Shown here one piece after another: positions 54,946 to 64,000 of a DNA stretch of 64,000 nucleotides. The stretch is from Clostridia bacterium. Its GTDB lineage: Bacteria > Bacillota > Clostridia > UMGS1883. Made by a program: the position numbers and the translations under genes. The stretch covers positions 283-64,282 of the forward strand of contig JAZRTB010000026.1 in assembly GCA_045651805.1 (NCBI GenBank), given 5' to 3'. Position 1 is the stretch's first letter, and each line of letters opens with the position of its first letter. Below the pieces are notes generated by a model. It worked only from the letters and a program-made list of their open reading frames with translations, ran no database searches and was not told where the DNA came from.

Positions 54946-55530
54946 TCAATCCATGTGTATATACTTTTCCCTGTCTTCGGGAGTAATTTTTCTTATAACC
55001 TTGCAAGGATTTCCTACGGCTACAACACCTTCGGGAATGTCGTGTACAACGACACTGCCTGCACCTATTACGCTGTCTTTCCCGATGGTGACACCGCCAA
55101 CTATACTGACGCCGCCGCCTATCCATACGTTGTCTCCGATAGTTACGGGGAATGCATATTCAAGTCCTGCAATACGTTCGTCACGGTCAAGAGGATGACC
55201 TGCGGCATATATGCCTACATTTGGTGCAATCCATACGTTGTCACCGATTTTTACATAGTTTCCGTCAAGAACGATGAAATTGTAGTTTGCGAAAAAATTC
55301 TCTCCTATTTCAATACGATAACCGTAATCGCACCTGAATGGGGGAAGAATATTTGCGCCTTTTCCGACTTTGCCAAGCATTTTTGAAAGAAATTTTTCAC
55401 GCTCTTCAACCTGCGATGGCAAAAGCTTGTTGTATTCAACACACATATCCTGAATTTTAAATCTGTGCTCTACCATATCTTCTGACGGGCGGTAAAGATA
55501 TCCCGCCTCTGCTTTTTCTCTTTCTGTCAT
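54946..55530 (-). CDS. maa: maltose/galactoside O-acetyltransferase (hexapeptide-repeat)
   Basis: 194 aa with left-handed beta-helix repeats (IGDNVWIGGGVSIVGGVTIGKDSVIGAGSVV) and a Mac-type N-terminus. Confidence 0.88.
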   Translation of the reverse strand: MTEREKAEAGYLYRPSEDMVEHRFKIQDMCVEYNKLLPSQVEEREKFLSKMLGKVGKGANILPPFRCDYGYRIEIGENFFANYNFIVLDGNYVKIGDNVWIAPNVGIYAAGHPLDRDERIAGLEYAFPVTIGDNVWIGGGVSIVGGVTIGKDSVIGAGSVVVHDIPEGVVAVGNPCKVIRKITPEDREKYIHMD

Positions 55531-55617
55531 AAAAATCGCTCCTGTTTATTTTTGAAAATATACCCCAGGGGGTTGTATTGACGGAAAAATCAGGATTCAT
55601 CCGTCTTGGGTGTTTTC

Positions 55618-57516
55618 TTAAAGAGTTTCTTTGAATTTCTTGATTTCTTCCTTTGTTGTACATTCTATAATTAAAGGAAGTGTTTTTTCTATATATTCTT
55701 TAAGAAGTGCCTTATCCATCTTTTTTGGTTTTTCTCCTGTAAGACGCTTGAAGTTCTTATAAAGAACTTTTTCAAGTGTTTCACGGTCAAGGTCAACACC
55801 CACAAGCTTATTCCCCCACTTTGTGGTGAAGCGGTCAGGAGTTCTTAACCAGCGGTCAAGCATTGCAAGCTGTACTTCCTTATAGCGTGTGTGGAAGGCA
55901 TTCTTATCGTCTGTACCAAGCATTATGCGGTCAGCATACTTACAGAAAAACGCCTTTGTCTCCTCGGGAGTTTCGGAAAGGAAGTGAAGTTCTCTTTCCG
56001 CAGGAGTTGTATCAATGCACACATTTGGGTATTTGTCAAGAACTGCAGAAAGACGCGGAAGTTCTTCGCCCATAAAGAAGAAATGTGCAAAAGTAATCTT
56101 AAGATTGGGGTTCTTTTCAAGTCTTAAGAGAACATCCTCATAAATTTCTTCGCAGATTTTGTACATATTTTCAAGATTTTCTCTGCCTGCCCTCACCTCT
56201 GCACGGTGGCTTACCTGATCTGTGGCGTGGCAGATGATATGTATATTTTCTTCTTCAAGATAGTTGAAGAAGTCATCATAAATCTCGCCTGAAATTTTCG
56301 TGCCGATTTTCTTATATGCGTTAGGCTTTGTTTCAATAAGCTTGATTCCGTCAAAGCCCATATCAATAAGTGCCTTTGCCTGTTCGCGGAAGCCGTAGTC
56401 CTTTGTTACGGGGTATTCGGGATAGTAAAGACCGCCAAAAGCGTAAACTCTGTCATCCCCCATTTTTGCAACTGCACCGAGGACATTCTGTGATTCATCT
56501 CTTGCACCGAAAAGGTCAACCATATTGGGCATACAAAGAACGTTAAGTCCCTGAAGATTGCAAAGCTCCATATAAGCCTGTGCAGACTTCACAACATCAC
56601 CCGTGTCACCGCACTCGGGAAGATAGTCGGTAGGATACATACTCATATCATCGGTATGCCATTGCATCTGATGATAGTGGCAGTCGATTCCCTGCACGTC
56701 TGCATTCTGGAATTTTCTGAAACCGAATGTATCGTAAAGCTTTCCACCACCGAGAATATGCTCCTTAAGGCTTTTCTGGAAAGAGTTTTTCGGTTCAAAG
56801 TCCGCAAGGTTATCCTTTGTGACATTTTTACCGAATGCAAATTTGATTGCGCTGTAGTCTTCCTTTTTCATATAAGGCTCGAAAAGGTCACGGAATTTAA
56901 TAATGTTGGAGTCGGGTTTGAGGAACTTATCAAGAGTTCTGTCGAGAAGCCACGACCCGCACATAAATCCCTTGATTTCCTTTTCGGGGAAATGCTTTTT
57001 AAAGAATCTTTCCGCCTCGAGAAGCGAACGGTATGCATCAGTTTCGTCAAGCTTACCGCCACCGGGAATATGTACCGCGATAATAGTATCGCCAAGCTTT
57101 ACAACGTCACCGTCGTCGCACCATGATTCAAAAAGGGTTTCAAGGCCGAAGTTAAGTCTGCCGATTCTGAAAAGGTATGTTCCTTTCATAACGGCATTTG
57201 TCCAGCCAACCTCATACACACCGATTTTGCCGAAGGTTTCCTTGCAGCTTTTTGCTTCGCCAACAAGACCCGAAGCCGTAGCACGGAAATACTTTTCGTC
57301 TATGCCGCGTTCATCCATTGCCTGCTTTGTATTGTCAAGCTGTGAAAGAAAATAGATAAGGTTAAGACCGTAATCCTTTTTCTCACCAAGGATTTTCACG
57401 CAGTTTTCGGAATTAAGACCCGATATATCCTTGCTTTCTGCAAGGGCATAAAATTCCTCGTCAAATTCAGCAGGAAATTCAAGATATTTGTACCATTTAA
57501 TAGCTGTTTCGTTCAT
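55618..57516 (-). CDS. fusion protein: N-terminal acyltransferase-like domain plus C-terminal amidohydrolase-type (TIM-barrel metal hydrolase) domain
   Basis: 632 aa. The N-terminal ~270 aa resemble DUF5596/GNAT-like acyltransferases (from memory). The C-terminal part has amidohydrolase-like His/Asp contexts (IDCHYH, ICHATD, MLGTDD). Confidence 0.5.
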   Translation of the reverse strand: MNETAIKWYKYLEFPAEFDEEFYALAESKDISGLNSENCVKILGEKKDYGLNLIYFLSQLDNTKQAMDERGIDEKYFRATASGLVGEAKSCKETFGKIGVYEVGWTNAVMKGTYLFRIGRLNFGLETLFESWCDDGDVVKLGDTIIAVHIPGGGKLDETDAYRSLLEAERFFKKHFPEKEIKGFMCGSWLLDRTLDKFLKPDSNIIKFRDLFEPYMKKEDYSAIKFAFGKNVTKDNLADFEPKNSFQKSLKEHILGGGKLYDTFGFRKFQNADVQGIDCHYHQMQWHTDDMSMYPTDYLPECGDTGDVVKSAQAYMELCNLQGLNVLCMPNMVDLFGARDESQNVLGAVAKMGDDRVYAFGGLYYPEYPVTKDYGFREQAKALIDMGFDGIKLIETKPNAYKKIGTKISGEIYDDFFNYLEEENIHIICHATDQVSHRAEVRAGRENLENMYKICEEIYEDVLLRLEKNPNLKITFAHFFFMGEELPRLSAVLDKYPNVCIDTTPAERELHFLSETPEETKAFFCKYADRIMLGTDDKNAFHTRYKEVQLAMLDRWLRTPDRFTTKWGNKLVGVDLDRETLEKVLYKNFKRLTGEKPKKMDKALLKEYIEKTLPLIIECTTKEEIKKFKETL

Positions 57517-57571
57517 AGTAAAAACCTCTCATTTTGCATTATGCATTTTGCATTTTTAGCATCCCGTCAAA

Positions 57572-57800
57572 GGAGTAGGAAAAAAGTTTCAGAATGTGCA
57601 AACTGAACCCCGAAGGGGGGTACCCGAAGGCGTATGTGGATACGCCGAGAGGTGAAGTTTGCGCATAGCAAAACGAATCAATCCGAAATTTGCTTTGCAA
57701 ATTTCTACCGCAAACATTTAACGACACTTTGTTTTATTTCTCAATAAAAGCATCTTTTTAAAAATTATACGTTTTGCGTTCTGGAGCTTTTTAACACTCC
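57572..57800 (-). repeat. Copy E of the TIR-bounded structured element (~229 bp)
   Basis: The minus strand starts GGAGTGTTAAAAAGCTCCAGAACGC and ends ATTCTGAAACTTTTTTCCTACTCC. Its first 10 nt supply the last two codons and the TAA stop of the AAC(3)-like gene. Confidence 0.85.
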
Positions 57801-58624
57801 GTAATAGCTTTCCAATCTTTTAGCCAATTGAGCCATCCCTCAACATCAAAAAATCCATTATCCCACAAAATTCTGCGGTCTTGACTACGAAGATGATCAA
57901 GACAGGTATCAACGAAAATCTTACTGTCAAAACAGAGGAATGTTGCATCACCGCAGGTGCTTTCAGTCGGCTGATAACCTTCTTCTTTAAGAACATCAAC
58001 CATTGCAAGATTAAACACATGAGGCCATACACCTGTGTGTGACATCTGCCAGAGACGGTCTTTCATTTCATCGTATTCAGGCTTTCCTTCGATTGCTTTA
58101 AGAAGTTCTTCCATATACACATATTCCGCATAGTGACGGAATGTGATTGAGCCGGGCTTTACACCAAGAAGAACAATCTTTGCATTCATATTATACATCT
58201 TCTCCCAGGGGGAATCTGCGGAGAAAGGTGTGTCGCCCATAGAGCCGAAACGCTTATGCGTATGACCGTGAGTTTTTGTAAGTTCCTCTGCAAGTTTACC
58301 GCAAGCGGCAACAGAATGTGTTGCCTGGTCAGAACGGAGACTTCCCTCACGAAGTCTGAAATAGTTTGTAAGATAGCCTGTATCTGAAGGCTTATCAATA
58401 TGCCATGTTTCGTAAGCGTTAGCAAAATCCTTCTGTGTAAAGCAGGGGAATACAAGTGTACCCTCTTCCCCAAGCACATCAAGAAAACCGCTGATTACAT
58501 CTTCTGCACCGCCAACAACGTGACCCATACTTTTAAAAGATGAGTGTACAAGTACGCAGTCGCCCTCTTTAATACCGAGGTCGCGTACTGCTTTTTCAAT
58601 ATCCTGTCTTGTTACTTCTGTCAT
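57791..58624 (-). CDS. AAC(3)-family (aminoglycoside 3-N-acetyltransferase-like) protein
   Basis: 277 aa with the N-terminal LGIKEGDCVLVHSSFKSMG pattern of the Antibiotic_NAT family. The substrate cannot be inferred. Confidence 0.75.
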   Translation of the reverse strand: MTEVTRQDIEKAVRDLGIKEGDCVLVHSSFKSMGHVVGGAEDVISGFLDVLGEEGTLVFPCFTQKDFANAYETWHIDKPSDTGYLTNYFRLREGSLRSDQATHSVAACGKLAEELTKTHGHTHKRFGSMGDTPFSADSPWEKMYNMNAKIVLLGVKPGSITFRHYAEYVYMEELLKAIEGKPEYDEMKDRLWQMSHTGVWPHVFNLAMVDVLKEEGYQPTESTCGDATFLCFDSKIFVDTCLDHLRSQDRRILWDNGFFDVEGWLNWLKDWKAITEC

Positions 58625-58683
58625 AATTTTTACCTCATTTCTTTTATCAACTTTTCTCTGTATGCTTCATTATATATCTAAAA

Positions 58684-61600
58684 TTATTTGAGGTCAATTG
58701 AAATATTTCTGCTTGCAGGTGATACGTTGTCGTTATCAAGGATAAAGAGCTTGTAGTTTGTTCCCTCACCCACAGAAGATGCATCTATTTCAATGTTCTC
58801 TGTAGCATTTGCACCGATTACAACATTTTTCCTGATTGTAATGCCTGAAAGCTTGTTTCCGTCATAAGAAGCAACGCCTACGGAAACTGTCATATCGGTA
58901 TCGGAGTAATTCACAAGTCTTGCACCTATAAGGGAACTGTGTGTATCAAGGAATGCACTCTCCGCTTCAAGTCTGCGTTCTGCCTTAAGCATAATGTAGC
59001 CTTTTTCATTTGCGGTGAATACTACCTTGTCGCCCACTCTTTCGTATGAAATATCACCGATTCCCTCAAACTTTGTAAGGTCGTATACGCATCCTGCCTT
59101 TTCAAGGTCAACTGTAATTTCACCTGCTTCGAGGAAGTCTACATAGTAATATGTCATATTTTCGTGGTTGATTGTGTAATACTGCTTTTCGTTTTCAAAT
59201 TCACGAAGGTCAACGTACTTTCTATAAGATACACCGTGGATGCGAGAGCCTTTTGATGTAAGAAGTGCGGCATTCTCTGCAGAAAGACCCTTTGATGTTA
59301 CGAAATGAGGATAAGCCTTCATAGCTTCGTCATACATATAAATTGATGAACTGGTCTTCTGCTTTCTTACGGAAGGTTCACCATCGTAAAGAGGAAGGTA
59401 ACCTGTCATATAACCCATTACGTTGTTACCGTCTGTATCACGGTAGTAGTCAAGAATACGGGAAGGAACAATGTTTTCATCCACCCATTGATTCTTATTC
59501 ATCGTAACGCCTGTGGGATAATCGTAGTTTAAGTGGTTTTTATCGGGTGTGTACTCAAGGGGAAGTGACATATCAAATGTTCTGCCCTTGTTATCTGTAA
59601 ATTCCTTTGTACCGGGAAGGTGTCTGAATACGCCACCGCCGAAAATGTCCTTCTTTACATAGAACTGATAAATGTAAAGCTGAACCGAGCCGATATCCTC
59701 CATTACCTGATGGTCTGCCTCTGTAAAGATTGTGCCGTCGGGTTTAACCGTAAGGGTCTGCTTATAGTGGAAGATTGAATCGCCAAGACCTGTAAGGGGA
59801 TTTTCAGTATAACCGCCCTCGGGTCTGTTTGCACGGAGATTTTCTGCAACATTGTAGGGATTTACAATATCATATTCCTCCGTAATGATAAATTCATCAC
59901 AGCTGTAGGTGTTGCCGATAGCCTTGATGTCAATGGGGATTCTTACGCCGTCTTTTACAATTTCGTAAGTGTGAGAAACGTTATTGATACCGGGATAAAG
60001 CTGACTGTTGTTACCGCCACCGTAAGATTCAACCACAATGGGAGCTGTATTAACACCGTCGCTTACATAAGTAAGGTTGCCGTTAACCTTTGTCGCTCTT
60101 GAAAAACTTGTTCTCTTAAGATCCTTTTCACCGAAGGAAAGGAAAAGAAGATTGTCTTCGTCATAGATACGCACAAGGTCAAACTTAACGCCCTTTTCGT
60201 CCACCCATACAGAGCCGATGTCGGCATAGGTCTTGCCGTGAGCAGTAGCTTTTACATTAAGACCAACGGAAGCGTGGTTTGCACCAAGTGCCATTTCGTT
60301 GATGATGGGGGGATTTGTTTCGTCGGGAACATCTCTTGAAAGAAGTGCTGTTTTCTCCCCTGTATTGATATCATTAAGTGATGCACCCCTGAAGTCAACA
60401 ATGGGGTTTGTATCAAGAGATTCGGGTTTCTGGATAAGATTCTGTGTAAGAGTAGTGTTCTCGTCATACTTTGTGGTAATTGCCATATTTCCGTATGTGA
60501 GACCGCCCGATACATACTCTGTGATGCTTACCTGCATAGGACGGTTTGCATCAAATTCGCCATCGATAACGCCTGAAGAGAAGTCTGCATTTTCGCTGTA
60601 AATTGCAAGGTTATCCATCTTCACACGGAAAGGAGCACTTGCTCTGTAAGAACGGATATTGAGCTTGTAGATGCTTTCAAAATCGTAGGCGCTTCCTTTG
60701 AAGCCGAGAACTCCGCCAAGCTTTTTACCGTCAATGTAAATCTGAACTGTATCAGTTGTAAAATCAAAGTCAAGTGCAACGTTGAATTTATCTCCCTCGT
60801 TTACAACTGCAGAAACAGATGATTTTGCAGTTACTGAAATACCGCCGGGGGAAATTCTGAATTTAAAGAGACCGTTTTCAATATCGTTATGAACGATTCC
60901 GCCTTCTTTGACACCGATAAAATAAACATCAAGCATAGAGCCACTCGGAAGCTCTGCAAGGTCAAAATCCATCTCCACACGGAGAGTGTCAACCTTTCTC
61001 ATCCGGGTGAAATCGTAGTAGTTTTCGTCATAACCGCCTGCCGTTTCAATACGTGCCGTTTCAACATAACCGCCCGTTTCATCATAGAAAAGCTTGGTGT
61101 ACGTTTTTCCGCCATAGTTATCCTGAACTGTCCATCTGTCAAGCACACCTGCACTCTTTCCTGAAAGTTCTCTGTAATTGAAGTTATCCGACACATAAAG
61201 ATATGCATCTGTCGGAAGAACTGTAAGATTGAAGTTCTTGTCGTAGGTTCTGCCGTCCTTTGAAACTGCTGCAGTAAGAGTTACTTCCGTCTTTTCATCA
61301 CCGCGGTTAACATAAGCTGTATCCCCGTCAATCAAAAGAACGTCGGGGTTACTTGAAGAAAAGCTTACCTCTGCATCTTCTATTGAATAAAACTCCGTAA
61401 GAGAAAGGTCAAGGTTTTCCGTAACAGCATTCATTGCCTGATTTGAAAGCATTTCAAAAATAATTTTGCTTCCTGCCTGTTTTGCAGGGTTGTCCGCTTC
61501 CTTAACGGTGAATGCTATCGTCTTGCCGAAGGTGCTTGCACCTTTTGATACAACAACTTCCATTTTAACTTGTGTATTGTCAGCAGGTCTTGTGATAACA

Positions 61601-62778
61601 CCCGTTGTACCGTCAATTTTAAGAATATCCTCATTACTGCTTACAAAAGAAACCGTAACACCATCGTTTGCCGATTCAATCTCGTTTTTAAGCACAGACA
61701 GGTCAAGGTTTTCTGTTACCGCGCCTGCATCTTCGTCGGAAAAGTCTGCAAAAGTTATATTTTCCGCAAGAGCACGAAGCATCACTCTGTCGTTAAATAC
61801 CTGGGTTTCAGTCGCAGTTCTGTACACTGCAAAGTTATCAATTTCTATAAAGCCTGCAGGATTTGATGACCCTGCACGACAGAAGTTTACCGCAGTAACA
61901 ACACCGTTTTTATCTGTTGCTCCGGAAATAGGAAGACCGGCTTCGGGAACGAACTTACCCTCTGCATCCATAACCTTAAGAGTAGAGCTTATGGGGTCAA
62001 TATAAAGGCACATTGCAGTCTTTTTATTTTCGGTGCTTGCAAAGTTTTTACCACCGTAGTTTGAAAGATTCTTGCCCTTTAAATATGTATTGCCTGCATT
62101 CCACTTCATTGTCTGCAGAACAGTAGCTTTACCGCCCTCAGGTCTGTAAGTCATACGAAACTCAATACCGGGGCTTACCGTCTGGGTGCTTACATCAAAT
62201 CGAATGTAAAAAGGTGAATCAAGTTCTTCGGGGAAAGTAAACGTGGGTGAATTACCCCTTGCCTGGAGGTCAATGTTGATACCGCCTGTTGCACCTACCG
62301 TTGTGCCAAAAGGTGCAGTAGTCTGTGCGGTTGACATTTTCCAGTTATCAATCTGTGTTGTATCTGCATTTGCACCAACAAGTTCCTTTGATGTGTCAAA
62401 CTCTGTACCGTCAAGCTTACGGGCAAAGTTGTTCTGATAAATAACAGTCGTTGTAAGAGGTGCAACGGTAAGAGCGATTTCCTTTGTTACACCGCCCACC
62501 GTTGCAGTAAGAGTAACCGCCTTTTCCTCTGTAGCGTGACGTGTTACCTTACCGTCATTTGTAATAACACTTGCATCGGATGATGCCCATGTTACGCTCT
62601 GTCCGTCAATCTCTGTGGGGAGAGTAAGGTTTTTTGTAATAAGATTTGCAGTTTCTGTTGTAATGGTATCAACAGAAATTGCATCTGCAACTGTCTGTGC
62701 ATTTTCCGCAAAAGCGGTGAAGCTTGCCATAGAAAACACCATAGCAAGGCACAGAATAATACTTATAAACTTTTTCAT
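58684..62778 (-). CDS. large secreted multidomain protein (signal peptide, repeated small Ig-like modules, jelly-roll/LamG-like regions); probably carbohydrate-active
   Basis: 1364 aa. Signal peptide MKKFISIILCLAMVFSMASFTAFA. Three modules follow the pattern (V/I)TxNLxL...V(T/S)(W/F)xSS(D/N)...I(D/N)G...V..TLTA. Function is unassigned. Confidence 0.6.
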   Translation of the reverse strand: MKKFISIILCLAMVFSMASFTAFAENAQTVADAISVDTITTETANLITKNLTLPTEIDGQSVTWASSDASVITNDGKVTRHATEEKAVTLTATVGGVTKEIALTVAPLTTTVIYQNNFARKLDGTEFDTSKELVGANADTTQIDNWKMSTAQTTAPFGTTVGATGGINIDLQARGNSPTFTFPEELDSPFYIRFDVSTQTVSPGIEFRMTYRPEGGKATVLQTMKWNAGNTYLKGKNLSNYGGKNFASTENKKTAMCLYIDPISSTLKVMDAEGKFVPEAGLPISGATDKNGVVTAVNFCRAGSSNPAGFIEIDNFAVYRTATETQVFNDRVMLRALAENITFADFSDEDAGAVTENLDLSVLKNEIESANDGVTVSFVSSNEDILKIDGTTGVITRPADNTQVKMEVVVSKGASTFGKTIAFTVKEADNPAKQAGSKIIFEMLSNQAMNAVTENLDLSLTEFYSIEDAEVSFSSSNPDVLLIDGDTAYVNRGDEKTEVTLTAAVSKDGRTYDKNFNLTVLPTDAYLYVSDNFNYRELSGKSAGVLDRWTVQDNYGGKTYTKLFYDETGGYVETARIETAGGYDENYYDFTRMRKVDTLRVEMDFDLAELPSGSMLDVYFIGVKEGGIVHNDIENGLFKFRISPGGISVTAKSSVSAVVNEGDKFNVALDFDFTTDTVQIYIDGKKLGGVLGFKGSAYDFESIYKLNIRSYRASAPFRVKMDNLAIYSENADFSSGVIDGEFDANRPMQVSITEYVSGGLTYGNMAITTKYDENTTLTQNLIQKPESLDTNPIVDFRGASLNDINTGEKTALLSRDVPDETNPPIINEMALGANHASVGLNVKATAHGKTYADIGSVWVDEKGVKFDLVRIYDEDNLLFLSFGEKDLKRTSFSRATKVNGNLTYVSDGVNTAPIVVESYGGGNNSQLYPGINNVSHTYEIVKDGVRIPIDIKAIGNTYSCDEFIITEEYDIVNPYNVAENLRANRPEGGYTENPLTGLGDSIFHYKQTLTVKPDGTIFTEADHQVMEDIGSVQLYIYQFYVKKDIFGGGVFRHLPGTKEFTDNKGRTFDMSLPLEYTPDKNHLNYDYPTGVTMNKNQWVDENIVPSRILDYYRDTDGNNVMGYMTGYLPLYDGEPSVRKQKTSSSIYMYDEAMKAYPHFVTSKGLSAENAALLTSKGSRIHGVSYRKYVDLREFENEKQYYTINHENMTYYYVDFLEAGEITVDLEKAGCVYDLTKFEGIGDISYERVGDKVVFTANEKGYIMLKAERRLEAESAFLDTHSSLIGARLVNYSDTDMTVSVGVASYDGNKLSGITIRKNVVIGANATENIEIDASSVGEGTNYKLFILDNDNVSPASRNISIDLK

Positions 62779-62797
62779 TTTATATTCCTCCTATATA

Positions 62798-64000
62798 TCA
62801 GTTTCTTACGTCTGAATATTCTTTTTTACCAAGTTCAAGATTTATTCTGTAAGTTGCAATTTCCTTAAGGATAACGAAGTCTGTATGATTTATCTTCCAT
62901 TCAAGGTGCCACTTGTCTGTCATATACTCCATACTGGGCTCCCAACCAAGGCGACTGTCACGTTCTACATACTGAATGGTATCTTCCGCGTTCTTACGCT
63001 CAAGGGTAAGGAGTGCTTCCATTTCGTCAAGGATTTTACTTACCTTATCCTCGTCCTGCTCGTGGTCAAATCTGACTTTCAGGGTGTGCCACTTTTTCGC
63101 ATTGATACCCGTAAGAATATAATTTGAAAGGTAGTGACCCATATTGATAAGGCGTTCAAGTTCTTCATTGGGATTCTCAACCTCTTCAAGAACCTTAAGT
63201 CCCTTATCAACATATGCCTTTGCCTGGGTAAGGCTTTCAATTTCGCCCCATATACGTTTTGAAATAACTGTTGAACGTGCCTGAATATCGGCACAGTACT
63301 CGGGAACAAGGATACTGTTACCAAAATGAGCATAAGGTGCCGAGGGAAGCTTTATCACTCTCTCAAAATTAAAGGGATAGCTGGGGCCTACTCTGAATGC
63401 ACCATACTGGTCTTCACCCGTGGGAGTTATATAGCGGATAGCCTGACTCCACTGCTGAAGTGCCGTATCTGTATAGTCAAGATTTTCTTCCCCGAAAAAC
63501 TTGGAAAGCACCATAGCGAGAGTTTCCTGCATAGAATCGGTAGAAAGTTCAAAGCACATTTTTGAAAGCCTTGAAATAAATGACGGATAAATACCGAAGT
63601 GGTGTGATTCCATAAGACCGCAAAGACCATAGTTTTCATATGCGTAGAAAAGATTCTTATACATCCGCATCCACTGATATGGGAAGGGCTCATAAGAAAG
63701 TGTGCCGAAATCCCATGTCATACCCGCAGTATTTGCCATTACATAAAGGCGGATGCCCCTCTTTGCCGCCGCTTCCATTTCCTGAACAACGGACTCTGCA
63801 GGGTCTTCGCTTACAAGTGAGTAGTCGGCAACGCCGATAACATTTCCCTTAAGTTTATATCTGCCCGACTTTGTAAAGGTTGTCTGAAGCGTAATATCTG
63901 TGGGAAGTGCATTTATAAGTGCAACTCGTTCTTCCTTGGGACTTGCATTAAAATTGTATGTCCAGAAAATGATGTCCGCCTCGGGATTGTGCTTGCGGCA
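62798..64000 (-). CDS. hypothetical protein, possibly glycoside-hydrolase-like; 5' end outside the window
   Basis: I checked that the frame stays open from 63778 up to the window edge (…CRKHNPEADIIFWTYNFNASPKEE…). No family recognised with confidence. Confidence 0.55.
   Translation of the reverse strand, partial: CRKHNPEADIIFWTYNFNASPKEERVALINALPTDITLQTTFTKSGRYKLKGNVIGVADYSLVSEDPAESVVQEMEAAAKRGIRLYVMANTAGMTWDFGTLSYEPFPYQWMRMYKNLFYAYENYGLCGLMESHHFGIYPSFISRLSKMCFELSTDSMQETLAMVLSKFFGEENLDYTDTALQQWSQAIRYITPTGEDQYGAFRVGPSYPFNFERVIKLPSAPYAHFGNSILVPEYCADIQARSTVISKRIWGEIESLTQAKAYVDKGLKVLEEVENPNEELERLINMGHYLSNYILTGINAKKWHTLKVRFDHEQDEDKVSKILDEMEALLTLERKNAEDTIQYVERDSRLGWEPSMEYMTDKWHLEWKINHTDFVILKEIATYRINLELGKKEYSDVRN

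Noticed and set aside
54710-55386. Plus-strand ORFs 54710-55198 and 54886-55386.
   Set aside because: They are antisense to the well-supported maa gene and start inside element copy C. The translations are not protein-like.
57791-58624. Calling the AAC(3)-family gene an aminoglycoside-resistance determinant.
   Set aside because: Family membership alone does not establish substrate or phenotype. Many chromosomal AAC(3)-like proteins are not resistance genes. It is reported only as a family-level call.

Overview
This is a Firmicutes/Clostridia-type chromosomal segment from a spore-former (spoIIP, gpr and spoVD/spoVE-like genes). The THF riboswitch closely resembles the [Eubacterium] siraeum type, so an Oscillospiraceae/Ruminococcaceae-like origin is inferred but not proven. 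Most of the window is housekeeping:
- a partial putP-like symporter and two tandem YitT paralogs
- a folT-folC operon behind a THF riboswitch
- a rex-glgB-glgC-glgD-glgA-glgP glycogen block
- fba, spoIIP, nifU-nifS, an XRE/S24 repressor and gpr
- a Gfo/Idh/MocA oxidoreductase with a divergent AraC regulator
- dnaG-rpoD and tRNA-Gly
- a BspA-type LRR surface protein and a permuted papain-like (C92) protein
- holA, an M18 aminopeptidase and an S4-domain protein
- a split chromate transporter, tex and lrgAB
- a complete but murD/murF-less dcw cluster (mraZ-rsmH-ftsL-pbp-murE-mraY-ftsW-murG-murA-ftsQ-ftsZ)
- a PHP histidinol phosphatase and tRNA-Pro
- a carbohydrate/acyltransferase region: GH42 beta-galactosidase, maa, an acyltransferase-amidohydrolase fusion, an AAC(3)-like gene and a 1364-aa secreted protein.

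The unexplained signal is non-coding:
1. Five copies of a ~230-bp element with terminal inverted repeats. Its internal stems differ in sequence between copies but stay complementary. Each copy starts at or just after the stop codon of the co-oriented upstream gene.
2. A tRNA-Pro locus surrounded by tRNA-Pro fragments in both orientations. It carries two perfectly identical copies of a ~100-nt structured insert located exactly between tRNA positions 37 and 38.
3. Two intergenic arrays of nested inverted 6-9-nt motifs interleaved with mini-hairpins.

No CRISPR array, IS transposase, integrase or recognisable defence operon was seen. All calls rest on reading the sequence and the ORF translations; no searches were run.
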